Of a stretch of DNA of 64,000 nt, positions 46,996-56,700 are shown piece by piece (the first letter of the stretch is position 1; every line of letters starts with the position of its first letter). The stretch spans positions 2,251-66,250 of the forward strand of contig CAZBKJ010000001.1 in the NCBI GenBank assembly GCA_964492495.1. The letters run 5' to 3'. Made by a program: the position numbers and the translations under genes. The DNA is from an uncultured Pseudomonadales bacterium (lineage in GTDB: Bacteria > Patescibacteriota > Microgenomatia > UBA1400 > UBA12028). The notes under the pieces are model-generated. The model was not told where the DNA came from. It ran no database searches and was given only the letters and a program-made list of their open reading frames with translations.

Positions 46996-47674
46996 GTCCA
47001 GAAGCATCTATCCATTGCTGAGAATAAGATACTGGCTCGGAATCTGTTTGGTCAGAGGGAGAAGAAAGGTCAGTGTTAGGTCTAAAAAAGACTTGCATTC
47101 CATCTAGCCTTCCTCTTGATTGGTATTCAGAAAAATCTTCATAATCAAGTTCTATGATTGTTCCCATGTAGCATGCTCTTTCATACTGATGGATTGCAGC
47201 GGCACAATCTCCAACAAGGAATGGCCCTCTCCATGTGTCGTTATCGCCTTTTCGTATCCATGCTACCATTCCAATATACCCACAGCTGTCTGTAGCGATC
47301 GCACCTATGAAATCTTCTGGATTAAGATTCCATCGTTCTGCTTTCTCAGTGAGTACTCCTTGCAAAAACCCTCTTCGAGTATAAGTGGCAGAACCTTCAA
47401 GTAAATTTCCGGGATTAAATGTATGTAAATCCTCAGGTGCCAATCCAGGAACAAAAGAACCGAGAGCACCATAATACCCTTGTTCAAGATTTTCCAATGG
47501 AATTTCCCATGAATATAAATCACAGGTTTGTAAATCTACAAAGCCATCATTGGCATAGCAATTATCAGGAAGTTTTTCTTGAGCTTCTGCATGCAAAGCA
47601 GTCTGCATACTCAGCAACAGAAAAAATAGTAATAAACTAATTTCAGTTCTTTTTTTAAAAATTTCTTTTCTCAT
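46976..47674 (-). CDS. secreted hypothetical protein (possible Cys/His hydrolase)
   Basis: Signal peptide; DSCGYIGMVAW...GDCAAAIHQYE. Confidence 0.4.
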   Translation of the reverse strand: MRKEIFKKRTEISLLLFFLLLSMQTALHAEAQEKLPDNCYANDGFVDLQTCDLYSWEIPLENLEQGYYGALGSFVPGLAPEDLHTFNPGNLLEGSATYTRRGFLQGVLTEKAERWNLNPEDFIGAIATDSCGYIGMVAWIRKGDNDTWRGPFLVGDCAAAIHQYERACYMGTIIELDYEDFSEYQSRGRLDGMQVFFRPNTDLSSPSDQTDSEPVSYSQQWIDASGLICSNE

Positions 47675-47765
47675 ATGCGAAATACTTTTTCTAATTCATT
47701 GGAAAAGTAATGGTATAGGAATTCGTAGAGGATGTGGAGGGCAGAAATTGAAAGCAAATGCGTTT

Positions 47766-48404
47766 TTATGTCCGATCTGGATACGAACAGATATGGATAC
47801 ATGCCAAGGTGCCAAAAACCCCATCACTTCCTGATTTGTAGCGTGTTTCATAAATGACGTGGCATCTTCCTTCTTCTTCAAACTCTGAAAGTATTTTTAT
47901 AAGCGCATGAATGTAGTCGCTTGTAAATGATGGATGTTTTGAATTAATTGGTTCATTTCCACGATAATAGCCTGCCGGATCAATATCGATAGCCGCGCCA
48001 GCAAAGTGAGCACTCCATCCAATAGCAGCAAATGGACTTGTTTGTCGTAACTTTTGTTGAATTTCTTCCGTACGATACAAAGAAGTAACGGGTAGAAAGA
48101 TGTTGTCTGAGGGCTCTGAACTTCTATGTGTTTGTTGTTTCCACATAAGCATAATCTGCATGAAAAGTTCATATGCAGATTTTCGAACGGCTCGAGGTTC
48201 CTCATTCCTTCGAAGTACCCCTATCAAACGGTAATTCAACTCAGGATCTTCATCTGGAAGTTCAATAAAAAGTCCTGTTTTCAAGGCATCTGGTAAATCA
48301 AGAATGATTTCATCCTTCCAGCGATAGCTTTCCAAAAGTACTTGGTCTTGTACGCGAGCAGATTCATTCGCCTGAAGTTGTGAAGGAATATCTCGAACAT
48401 TCAT
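47766..48404 (-). CDS. peptidase M15 (VanY / D-Ala-D-Ala carboxypeptidase-like)
   Basis: SAHFAGAAIDID equals the SxHxxGxAxD zinc-binding motif of the LAS/VanY family. Confidence 0.6.
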   Translation of the reverse strand: MNVRDIPSQLQANESARVQDQVLLESYRWKDEIILDLPDALKTGLFIELPDEDPELNYRLIGVLRRNEEPRAVRKSAYELFMQIMLMWKQQTHRSSEPSDNIFLPVTSLYRTEEIQQKLRQTSPFAAIGWSAHFAGAAIDIDPAGYYRGNEPINSKHPSFTSDYIHALIKILSEFEEEGRCHVIYETRYKSGSDGVFGTLACIHICSYPDRT

Positions 48405-48519
48405 AGATGTTCTATTTTATCATTTTGTTCGTTTTCTCATTATGGGTGAAAATCTATTTTGGAACTCTTTTTGTCTCGTAGTGCTGTAAAATACCTCAAT
48501 TAATAGCATACGACTACGT

Positions 48520-49653
48520 ATGATCAGTAAAGAAGCTTCAGCTCCACAAATTCACTCATACTCTCACACATACATTCCTCAGGTCATCGATATACCATTC
48601 CAACTCAACGACGGTAATTTTGATATACCTCTAGGTTGGCACAATGTTGTTCCTTCACTTGCATACTTAGTGGACTATAGTTCGATTCAGCCAGTTCATA
48701 ATGGTGATCAGGTGGCAGAAAAAAAATCACAAGTCGAAAGAGAAAAAGACGTGCGACAAGCTATCGAAAATGATCTAAAAGATAAAGAAATTCGAATCAA
48801 GCAAATCTTCATGGAAGGTCAAAGTAGTGCTGACACTGTCAAACTCAATTATTTGTATTCTGTTCAGGAAAGAGCAGAAAGTAATCATGAAGAAAATATC
48901 CAAAACGCACAAGAATATGTTCTTCAAGCACTAGATGATGCTCGATCATTTTTTCCATCAACGCAAAGAATTCATTTTGAAATTTGGGTTCTCCCCATAG
49001 ATGAACAACAGCAGGAAAACAGTGAGTATGTATTTTCATCTCTATTTGCTGACCTTGGAAGCTTAATAAAGCGACGAGGAATATCAGTATCTGGAGGAAG
49101 CAGCTGTTTTATTATCTGTCTTCCAAAAAAAAGCTTCAGGGACTATATTCCAGATTCTTTCTCAGGAATCGAAACAAATACTATAAAAAGCAGTTTTGAT
49201 CAAAGTCTCTATGTACAAATACGGCATGAGATAACACACGGAATTCAAACAACTCTTGAAGGAGATAGCGATTTTGCAACAGAAGGTGTAGCAATGCTCG
49301 TAGAGGGTCTTTATCTTAACTCGAACTTTATTCATGGAAAAGTGCGTCGAGAAGATATCAATGTTGAAGAGATACTGGAGCTGGCGAATAAGCGCGATTA
49401 TGAAGGCTACTCTTCTTCAGAGCATATGCTCTACTGGGTATCACATTCACTCTTTCGGTTTATCTATGATTACTTTTACAGAGATGCAAATAAATTTGGA
49501 GAATTGCTAGACCTTCTGCGAAAGCCACAAAAACTATCCTTTTCAGAGGCATTTTATACAGTTTTTCAGATGAAATTTGAAGCACTTGTACCCATGTGGA
49601 AACATGAGATTTTCAGAGGTGAATTTCAAATAGAAAAATGGGAGAGCGAATGA
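48520..49653 (+). CDS. hypothetical protein with HExxH (HEITH) motif, putative zinc metallopeptidase
   Basis: 377 aa; AT-rich; VQIRHEITHGIQ. Confidence 0.4.
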   Translation: MISKEASAPQIHSYSHTYIPQVIDIPFQLNDGNFDIPLGWHNVVPSLAYLVDYSSIQPVHNGDQVAEKKSQVEREKDVRQAIENDLKDKEIRIKQIFMEGQSSADTVKLNYLYSVQERAESNHEENIQNAQEYVLQALDDARSFFPSTQRIHFEIWVLPIDEQQQENSEYVFSSLFADLGSLIKRRGISVSGGSSCFIICLPKKSFRDYIPDSFSGIETNTIKSSFDQSLYVQIRHEITHGIQTTLEGDSDFATEGVAMLVEGLYLNSNFIHGKVRREDINVEEILELANKRDYEGYSSSEHMLYWVSHSLFRFIYDYFYRDANKFGELLDLLRKPQKLSFSEAFYTVFQMKFEALVPMWKHEIFRGEFQIEKWESE

Positions 49654-50858
49654 AGAACAATATCGGCAGAAACGACCCTTGTCCTTGTGGAGCAATCAAC
49701 GCGGAAACAGGAAAACCAGTAAAGTACAAGAAATGTTGTTTCATTCATCCCATAGATATGCCATCTCAACTTGAATTTATGCAGATGAAGGTTGAAATGA
49801 TGCAAAAAGCAGTCACTATGAGAAACGTATTGAAAACTAAAGGCATTTTTATTGATTTCCCAGCCCCTGTAGTTTTCAAAGGAAAATCAATTTGGGCATT
49901 TGGCAGTGGGTTGTATTTCTATCCAAAAGAACACATGACCTTTCACGAGGGACTAATTTTTGTCCTTAGAAATCTTCTAGCAAAGGATAAAAAGTGGGTA
50001 GCAGAGCAAGAAGCAGTACCATTAGAAAAACGACACTTTATTTTGAAGTGTTATCACGAGTATCTTAAATGGAGAAATAAAAATAGTACACCTGAAAACC
50101 AAATAGGAGATGAAAAATGGAGAGCAATCCCAGACGGATTGACCAAATCTTTACTATCATTGGCATTTGACGTAGCTTGCATTATCCACGTTCATGGCCA
50201 CATACCTGAAAAAATCATTGAGCGATTGAAGAAAACCGACAACATCTATCAAGGTGCGAGATACGAAATAGCAGTTGCAGCAATTTTTGCTCGACTAGGA
50301 TGCAAGTTCGAGTTCTTAGATGAAAAACTAGATCATCTTACTCAAACACCTGGCCACTGCGAGTTCTTTGCGACAGATGAGGAAACGAACACTATTGTTG
50401 CAGTTGAAGCGAAAAGTAAGGTAAGAAAAGGTGTGTTGCATCAACCTGGGCAATCTACTGAGTTTCAACTATGGAACAATGTCACAGGTCCGTATAGAAA
50501 TGCCCTCAAGCAGAGTCCTGAGGATGTTCCGTTTATTGTATTTGTTGACGTAAACTCACCACCAACTCCCGGTCTAGATAAATTTGAAAAGCCATGGGCT
50601 AAGGAAATCTTAGAAAGTAGAGAGAAAACTCCACTGAACAAACCAGGGAAACCAGATCCTTGCACACTAATAGTCTATACAAACTATTCATACCATTACC
50701 AAACTGGTACTGAGGCTAAGGCAAATGAAGCAATTACAGTTGCTCCTGCTTATCCTAAGCACGCTGTCTCTGAATTATTTTTGAATAAGTTACAAATGGC
50801 AATAGAAAACTATAGCTTTATTCCAAATATTGAGTACGATGGTACAGTTAAAGGATAA
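49650..50858 (+). CDS. SEC-C motif-containing protein of unknown function
   Basis: N-terminal RNDPCPCGAINAETGKPVKYKKCC is a SEC-C zinc-binding motif; the rest is unassigned. ORF track start is 49638. Confidence 0.5.
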   Translation: MKNNIGRNDPCPCGAINAETGKPVKYKKCCFIHPIDMPSQLEFMQMKVEMMQKAVTMRNVLKTKGIFIDFPAPVVFKGKSIWAFGSGLYFYPKEHMTFHEGLIFVLRNLLAKDKKWVAEQEAVPLEKRHFILKCYHEYLKWRNKNSTPENQIGDEKWRAIPDGLTKSLLSLAFDVACIIHVHGHIPEKIIERLKKTDNIYQGARYEIAVAAIFARLGCKFEFLDEKLDHLTQTPGHCEFFATDEETNTIVAVEAKSKVRKGVLHQPGQSTEFQLWNNVTGPYRNALKQSPEDVPFIVFVDVNSPPTPGLDKFEKPWAKEILESREKTPLNKPGKPDPCTLIVYTNYSYHYQTGTEAKANEAITVAPAYPKHAVSELFLNKLQMAIENYSFIPNIEYDGTVKG

Positions 50859-50975
50859 GAGAGCAGCTCATTTCATGAATGTAATAAACTCTAAGGGTGT
50901 GACTCTTGAATGTCTGGAACAGTTTTGTCACATAGTTTGTGATCTGAACCTAACAGTAATTAATAAAGGCTGATA

Positions 50976-51737
50976 CTACTTGAAGATGTGACTTAACTGT
51001 TCAACCTCTTTGATCATCGATTCTAAAACTGTAGTTACTGGTTTCCCCTCAATAATGCTCTTTTCATTCAGAACAACCTCAAAGCGAAATTGCATTTTAA
51101 GGTTTGGCTCTGCATCAAGGGAATCCACAAAGAGCACATCACCAGGTTTAAGGGGAAAAAGGTTATCTGCAGGTCTAATAAATAATGGCATATCAGGAAT
51201 ATCATTGTCTTTCATTAATTTTTTCATTTGAGCAATCATTAGTGACCCTATATCCACGCTTCCAAAAGTTGAACCAACTGTAATAAGCAATCTATGCTTG
51301 TCAATGTTATTAAGCATTGCTATCGTCCAAAGAGTATCATTTCCTCCTTTGTATGGTTGTATGGAATCAATAAGTTTTAATTTTTTGCCAGATATACCTT
51401 TTGTCTTTCTCACTTTTTCTTTTTCATAAGTTTGAAGATCCTTTTCTATTGGGAAATATATATGCTTTGAGGATACTGTACCTTTGTTCTCTGAAATAAA
51501 TAAATCATAAGCTAAATGATCTAATGCGCTTCTGAGATTCTGAATAACATCACCAGAAATCAAGGCGATCTTATCAGGTACACTTGCTACATCCGTCAAA
51601 TAGTAGACGAGGCGTTTTGTCTGAGAATCTCTCCTGGTACCAATTCTGTATGGATTCGATGCGAAGAAAGCACTAATTTCTATTTGGAGCTCTCCCAAGT
51701 GTTGTTTGGCTCGATCAATTTTATTTATCCAGTTCAT
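50976..51737 (-). CDS. hypothetical protein
   Basis: 253 aa; AT-rich. Confidence 0.4.
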   Translation of the reverse strand: MNWINKIDRAKQHLGELQIEISAFFASNPYRIGTRRDSQTKRLVYYLTDVASVPDKIALISGDVIQNLRSALDHLAYDLFISENKGTVSSKHIYFPIEKDLQTYEKEKVRKTKGISGKKLKLIDSIQPYKGGNDTLWTIAMLNNIDKHRLLITVGSTFGSVDIGSLMIAQMKKLMKDNDIPDMPLFIRPADNLFPLKPGDVLFVDSLDAEPNLKMQFRFEVVLNEKSIIEGKPVTTVLESMIKEVEQLSHIFK

Positions 51738-51940
51738 ATTCAGGTTCTAAAATGTAAGTTTGGATACGTAGGAGCGATATTAGCAGAGACATAGTGCATT
51801 TTTGAGCAGGAGTATGGGTCGCACTGGACCTTGTGATATTTCGGACCCACCCCGTCACCGCCAGCTGGCGGTTCCCACCACTTCTTATCTGCTAGAATCA
51901 AAAACTACAAAAAAAACCGCGGGAAGCGGCTTTTTTATTG

Positions 51941-51960
51941 TTTGTGACCCCACCCGAATT
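51941..51960 (-). repeat. direct repeat of the 3'-terminal ~19 nt of tRNA-Glu (gaattcgggtggggtcaca), 125 bp downstream of the intact tRNA
   Basis: Plus-strand tgtgaccccacccgaattc occurs at 51942-51960 and again at 52085-52103. The interval between them contains a 12-bp hairpin and a truncated T-arm-like remnant. Confidence 0.7.
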
Positions 51961-52049
51961 CTCCCCGCAAGGGGGATGGGGCAGGTCACCTCATTGGTGA
52001 CTTGCCCTTAGAATCGGATTCGACTCCTATTCTGTGAGGAGTACAAGGT

Positions 52050-52079
52050 AAAAAAAATCAGGCTATAGCCTGATTTTTT
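52050..52079. terminator. bidirectional rho-independent terminator (A8-tcaggc-tata-gcctga-T6), 3' of tRNA-Glu
   Basis: Perfect palindrome flanked by A-run and T-run. Confidence 0.7.
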
Positions 52080-52085
52080 CACCTG

Positions 52086-52158
52086 TGACCCCACCCGAAT
52101 TCGAATCGGGGTTACCAGGATGAGAACCTGGTGTCCTAGGCCTCTAGACGATGGGGCC
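52086..52158 (-). tRNA. tRNA-Glu (anticodon CUC), 73 nt, CCA not encoded
   Basis: Reverse complement reads GGCCCCA-TC-GTC-TAGAGGCCTAG-GAC-A-CCAGG-TTCTCAT-CCTGG-TAAC-CCCGA-TTCGAAT-TCGGG-TGGGGTC-A. This gives a 7-bp acceptor stem (one GU), a 3-bp D stem as in bacterial tRNA-Glu, and a TTCGAAT T-loop. Confidence 0.85.
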
Positions 52159-52419
52159 ATGCGCCATTTTTTCTAAATGGTCCGTAAGCATGATCTTTAC
52201 AGCTCTTTTACCTTTTGTAGTTTTTAAGTAATTTTCTCTTCTTCTCGCATCTTTCTCTGAAAGAAACGCTTCGTAGAATATGAGTCGGACAGTACCCATT
52301 CTTTTTGTTGAATACACACCTTTACTGAGATGCTTACGGATTCTTTCTTTTAAGTTTGCCGTAAATCCTGTGTATATTTTCCCAGTATCTCTACTTTGTA
52401 AGAGATATACGTAATACAT
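52144..52419 (-). CDS. GIY-YIG nuclease superfamily protein (small, UPF0213-like); its last ~5 codons overlap the 5' end of tRNA-Glu
   Basis: YYVYLLQSRDTGKIYTGFTANLKERIRKH (GIY...YIG). The ATG is at 52419; the ORF track uses TTG at 52425. Confidence 0.7.
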   Translation of the reverse strand: MYYVYLLQSRDTGKIYTGFTANLKERIRKHLSKGVYSTKRMGTVRLIFYEAFLSEKDARRRENYLKTTKGKRAVKIMLTDHLEKMAHGPIV

Positions 52420-52488
52420 TAGCAATACTCTATCATGAACCAGAATAAATTCGATTCATGACCATGAACCGTGCTTTGCACTGGTTCA

Positions 52489-52625
52489 CGGGACGATGGG
52501 GCCAAGCTGAGCTTGGCTATACTTGCGCTTAGCGCAAGTGCCTCTTCAAACCAATACTAATCCGAGCTTAGCTCGGGTGCCAAACTGATGACTATCTTAC
52601 TTACGCTGGGCGCAAGTGCCTCTAT
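52489..52625. repeat. array of short perfect hairpins plus repeats: tRNA-Glu 5'-end fragment copy (gacgatggggcc), three 7-bp-stem/3-nt-loop hairpins (52501-17, 52522-38, 52562-76), and a 14-mer gcgcaagtgcctct x2
   Basis: Read directly from the sequence between the two GIY-YIG genes. Confidence 0.6.
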
Positions 52626-52628
52626 TAA

Positions 52629-52919
52629 TCATGTATTGTACTTGAGTTTTTCAAAAATATGTCTTAACTGTATCTTTAGCTCTTTTTTTCCTTTACCACC
52701 TTTTAGATAAGTTTCTCTCTGCTTTGCGTCACTTTGTTCGACATACGCTTCGTAATATATGAGGACAAGTGGTCTTCTATACTTTGTGGCACTTACGAAT
52801 CCGTTTACATGAGCTTTATATCGAGATTTCAAATCGTGCGTAAAACCCGTATAAAGTTGCTTGTCTTTTCCTGAATACAAGATGTACATGTAATACATTT
52901 GTACATTTAATTTTATCAC
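52629..52919 (-). CDS. GIY-YIG nuclease superfamily protein (second tandem copy)
   Basis: MYYMYILYSGKDKQLYTGFTHDLKSRYKAH; the true start is probably MYYMYIL (52895). Confidence 0.7.
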   Translation of the reverse strand: MIKLNVQMYYMYILYSGKDKQLYTGFTHDLKSRYKAHVNGFVSATKYRRPLVLIYYEAYVEQSDAKQRETYLKGGKGKKELKIQLRHIFEKLKYNT

Positions 52920-52930
52920 GAAATGGGAGG

Positions 52931-53500
52931 TCAGATTCGTTCAGCCTGGATGATGAGTCGCTTCGTATCTAGAAAGCCTGTACAGGTATAGATTGTCAGC
53001 AATTCACTTTCAGTCGGGGCAATGTACTCAAGCTTGTCTGGAGAGGTTGTGACTTTTTTCGTGATTGTATACTCAAAAACAGTTTCATTGGCGGTTGTGA
53101 CACTGATAGTTTCTCCCACATTCACCTCATGAAGCTTTCCGAGGAGCTTTTTGTTGTTGTGACCGTAAAAAACGGTATTTCCTGGCGTTCCAGGCAGGGA
53201 TGATTCACTCCAAAACACGACGTGTGTAGGGGAAAGTACCCAAAAATCGTTCTTTTTTGCAAAAGCCTCCACTGGAGCGTCAATTTTGTCGGCTATTTTG
53301 ATCTGAACGGGGAATGTTGGGACAGACTCAGTCATGTTTTCGTTGGTACGTTCTTCTCTTGCCTGGGTGACGATTTGTTCCTCCTTGAGTACAGAGATGA
53401 CTGAAAATCCTAAAAACAGGACTCCAAGGAACATGAACAGGACTCCAAACCGCGTTTTATGTTTGGAAATCTGCATACGAGTCCGTATTGATTTCTGCAT
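52931..53500 (-). CDS. sortase (class unassigned)
   Basis: N-terminal TM anchor; catalytic His in TVFYGHNN; TLxTC motif (LLTIYTCTG); beta-barrel length. Confidence 0.7.
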   Translation of the reverse strand: MQKSIRTRMQISKHKTRFGVLFMFLGVLFLGFSVISVLKEEQIVTQAREERTNENMTESVPTFPVQIKIADKIDAPVEAFAKKNDFWVLSPTHVVFWSESSLPGTPGNTVFYGHNNKKLLGKLHEVNVGETISVTTANETVFEYTITKKVTTSPDKLEYIAPTESELLTIYTCTGFLDTKRLIIQAERI

Positions 53501-53646
53501 ATATTTGTATTAAAAATTATGTAGAGTGTTGCTCTCACAACACCTATAGTAATGATTAAAAGACTATTATAGAGGAAGAACGCGTAAACGCAATGTTATA
53601 GGTCTTCTCGTGTGAAATCCCCTCTGAGGTGAACCAGAATTACTGT

Positions 53647-53676
53647 TTGACTATAGGATAGTATTCTTGGTATAAT
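53647..53676 (+). promoter_or_regulatory. sigma70-type promoter: -35 TTGACT, 18-nt spacer, extended -10 TGgTATAAT
   Basis: Read from the sequence about 50 nt upstream of the 1605-aa ORF. Confidence 0.55.
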
Positions 53677-53726
53677 CCACTTCGCTTTTCTATCTGGAGC
53701 CGAATGCTGAAAACATCCTTTTATTC

Positions 53727-56700
53727 ATGGCCAATCTTGACATTATCATTCCAGTCTTTAATGAAGAAGCGACCATTGGCCCGTTAATTTCGCGGATCGA
53801 TAAGATACTTCGCAAAGAACACATCCCATATCATATAATTGTTGTGGATGATCGCTCTACTGACAGAAGCCTAGAACGAGTAAAAAAGGCAAGTCAAAGT
53901 TTCCCAATCACAGTTCTTAAGAAAAAAGGCCAGCAAGGAAAAGCTTTTTCTATTCTTGAGGGTATAAAAGCCTCGACCAGTGACTACATCTGTATGATCG
54001 ATGCCGATCTGCAGTATCCTCCTGAAGCAATTCCAGCGTTGTTTGATCTTGCACAGATATCCGGTGTCGCAGTAGCTCGTCGTATCACCTACGGTGGTTC
54101 TGTTGTCAGACGTATTGGAAGCAGAATACTTGCTTTTGTCCTAGGAAAGCTTCTGCATGGAATCCACTGCGATATGCAGTCGGGACTTAAGGTTTTTAAG
54201 AAAGAAATCACTGAGTTTATTAATGTCGACGAGATTACTCCTTGGGCTTTTGATCTTCCATTACTTCATGCCGCCAAACAAATGGGGTATGACATAGCAG
54301 AAGTTCCTATCGATTTCACTGAACGAGAAAATGGTGATTCAAAACTCACTCTTCTTGGTCCAACTGTACAGATTGCCAAGGGCGCGCTTCGATTAAAGTT
54401 CACAACGATCCATCCGCGAGTGATTCTTCCAGATACAAAAGAATCCATGAAAGGTGCAGGTTTTGTCCATAAAGGCAAGCGATTTATCACGCACTCAACA
54501 CTTCATCACTCAAAGAGTGCACTGCTTGTGATAACCCCAAGTCAAAAAACAGTTTTCTTTATTATTCTTGCTCTTTTTTGTTTTGGGGCAGTATTTGCGA
54601 CACTTTTTACCTTTAAGATTGCTGTTGCCATACTTTCATTTGTCTACTTTATTGATGTGTTGTTTAACTTTTTCCTTATCCTTCGAAGTCTTCAATCACC
54701 TCCAGAAATTAGTTCAGACAAGAACGAGATCTTGGCACTCAAAGATAAAGATCTCCCTGTCTATTCGATTCTATGTCCGTTGTATAAGGAAGCCCATGTT
54801 ATTCCTCAATTTGTTGAAAGTATTTCCAATCTTGATTGGCCAAAATCAAAGCTTGAAGTAATGCTTCTCTTGGAAGAAGACGATACGGAGTCAATCGAAG
54901 CAGTCAAAGACATGAACTTGCCTTCATATATTCGAAGTGTCGTTGTTCCAAACTCTCAACCAAAAACCAAACCAAAAGCATGTAACTACGGACTCAGTCA
55001 CGCGAAAGGCGAGTACTTGGTCATTTTTGATGCAGAAGACAATCCAGATCCACTTCAATTAAAGAAAGCGTACTTGGGATTCCAGAAGGTTGGTCCAAAT
55101 ATTCGCTGTTTGCAAGCAAAGCTTAATTACTACAACCCAACACAAAATGTCCTTACCCGCATGTTTACTGCAGAGTATTCACTCTGGTTTGACGTCATTT
55201 TGACGGGACTTCAATCCATTCAAACGACAATTCCTTTGGGTGGAACCAGTAATCACTTCCGCACAAAAGATCTGTTGGAGCTTGAAGGATGGGATCCGTT
55301 TAACGTCACAGAAGACTGTGACCTCGGAATCAGACTGTTTAAGCACGGCTACAAAACCGCAATCATCGACTCAACGACTCTTGAAGAAGCAAACAGTAAT
55401 GTTCTCAACTGGATTAGACAGAGAAGCAGATGGATTAAAGGCTACATGCAGACATATCTTCTCCACATGCGAGATCCTTTAGACTTTTTTAGTACACAAG
55501 GAATTCATGCATTATTGTTCCAGCTGACCGTTGGTGGAAAGATTGCCTTTATTTTAATCAACCCAATTTTGTGGGTTTTGACGATTTTGTACTTTACCTT
55601 AAATGCAGTTGTCGGGCCGACGATCGAAGCTCTGTACCCGTCAATTGTGTTCTACATGGCCGTGACATCACTTGTTTTTGGAAACTTCATGTTTATTTAC
55701 TACTACATGTTGGGTGCAGCAAAGCGTGAACAGTGGTGGCTCATGAAATGGATCTATCTTGTTCCGATCTATTGGTTGATGGTCAGTGTGGCTGCCTGCA
55801 TGGCTCTGTATCAACTGATAGTAAAACCACACTACTGGGAAAAGACCATTCACGGTCTACACCTAAAAAAAAAGCTTGAAAATGAAGCAAAAGAGACTGC
55901 AAAGGTTGTAACTGCATCTATTTTAGCCGAAGTTGAAACCAAAAAACCTCCTGTACAGCCAAGTGAGAGCACAGCCTACACAAAAAAAAGAATACAGTCG
56001 TTTGGAGTTTTCTCAAATCTTTTGAAGTATCGAAGAAGTTTCACTGGTATTTTCTCCAAGATTATCAAAGGTGAGTATCGTGGAGGAGCTTTACTTGTAG
56101 CGGCAACGATGGCAGCAAATGTGCTGAACATGGGAACAAACTTCTACATGGGGCATGCACTACGATTGACTGATTTTGCACTCTTTAATACATACCTCAG
56201 TTTGTTAAACATTATCTCAATCTTTTCTTCATCGCTTGGAACAACTGTCAATCAACGCTCAGCACACTTACTTGGAAAAATTGGGCATACACGTGCCGTC
56301 AATTTCTGGAGACATATAAAGAATCGAGTATTCTTTGTTTCTCTTATCCTCACTGGGCTGTGGGTCATCTGTATCCCGATGACAAGTTCATTTTTAAGTA
56401 TTGATTCCAATATACCGCTCTTATTGTTTACTCCAATTTTGCTTCTTCTTGGTATTAATGCTGTGAATCAAGGGTATTTGCGTGGAGCACTCGCCTTTGA
56501 ACTCGTTGCTGTTGTGACGATACTTCAGCCACTGACCCGGTTACTATCGACGATAATTTTCGGAGAGCTCACCTATGGTGAGTATGCGTACTTGTCGATT
56601 CCTACCGGAGTTGTAGTTGCAGCATTGGTTTCTCACTTCTTTGCGAGAAAAGGTGAGTCTGTGGAGATTGCACACAAAGATTTGAAGCTTCCAAAGACAT

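Noticed and set aside
51781-51940. Candidate small RNA (SRP/6S-like) because of the 14-nt perfect palindrome ccgccagctggcgg and GC-rich hairpins
   Set aside because: No match to the conserved SRP domain IV motif or other signatures could be recognised by eye. Left as structured intergenic DNA of unknown role.
51802-52011. 69-aa ORF across the tRNA-scar region, and 39405..39593 across repeat B
   Set aside because: Both lie in structured non-coding DNA (terminators, repeats, tRNA fragments) and have no RBS or promoter context.
51961-52050. Second intact tRNA on the minus strand between the tRNA-Glu 3'-end repeat and tRNA-Glu
   Set aside because: Only an acceptor-3'/T-arm-like fragment and a 12-bp hairpin are present. 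No cloverleaf with D and anticodon arms can be drawn, so it is a remnant.
52489-52625. Possible CRISPR-like array (regularly spaced hairpins)
   Set aside because: The hairpins are not identical repeats, spacing is irregular (17-26 nt), only 3 units, and there are no cas genes. Better described as a hairpin/repeat cluster.
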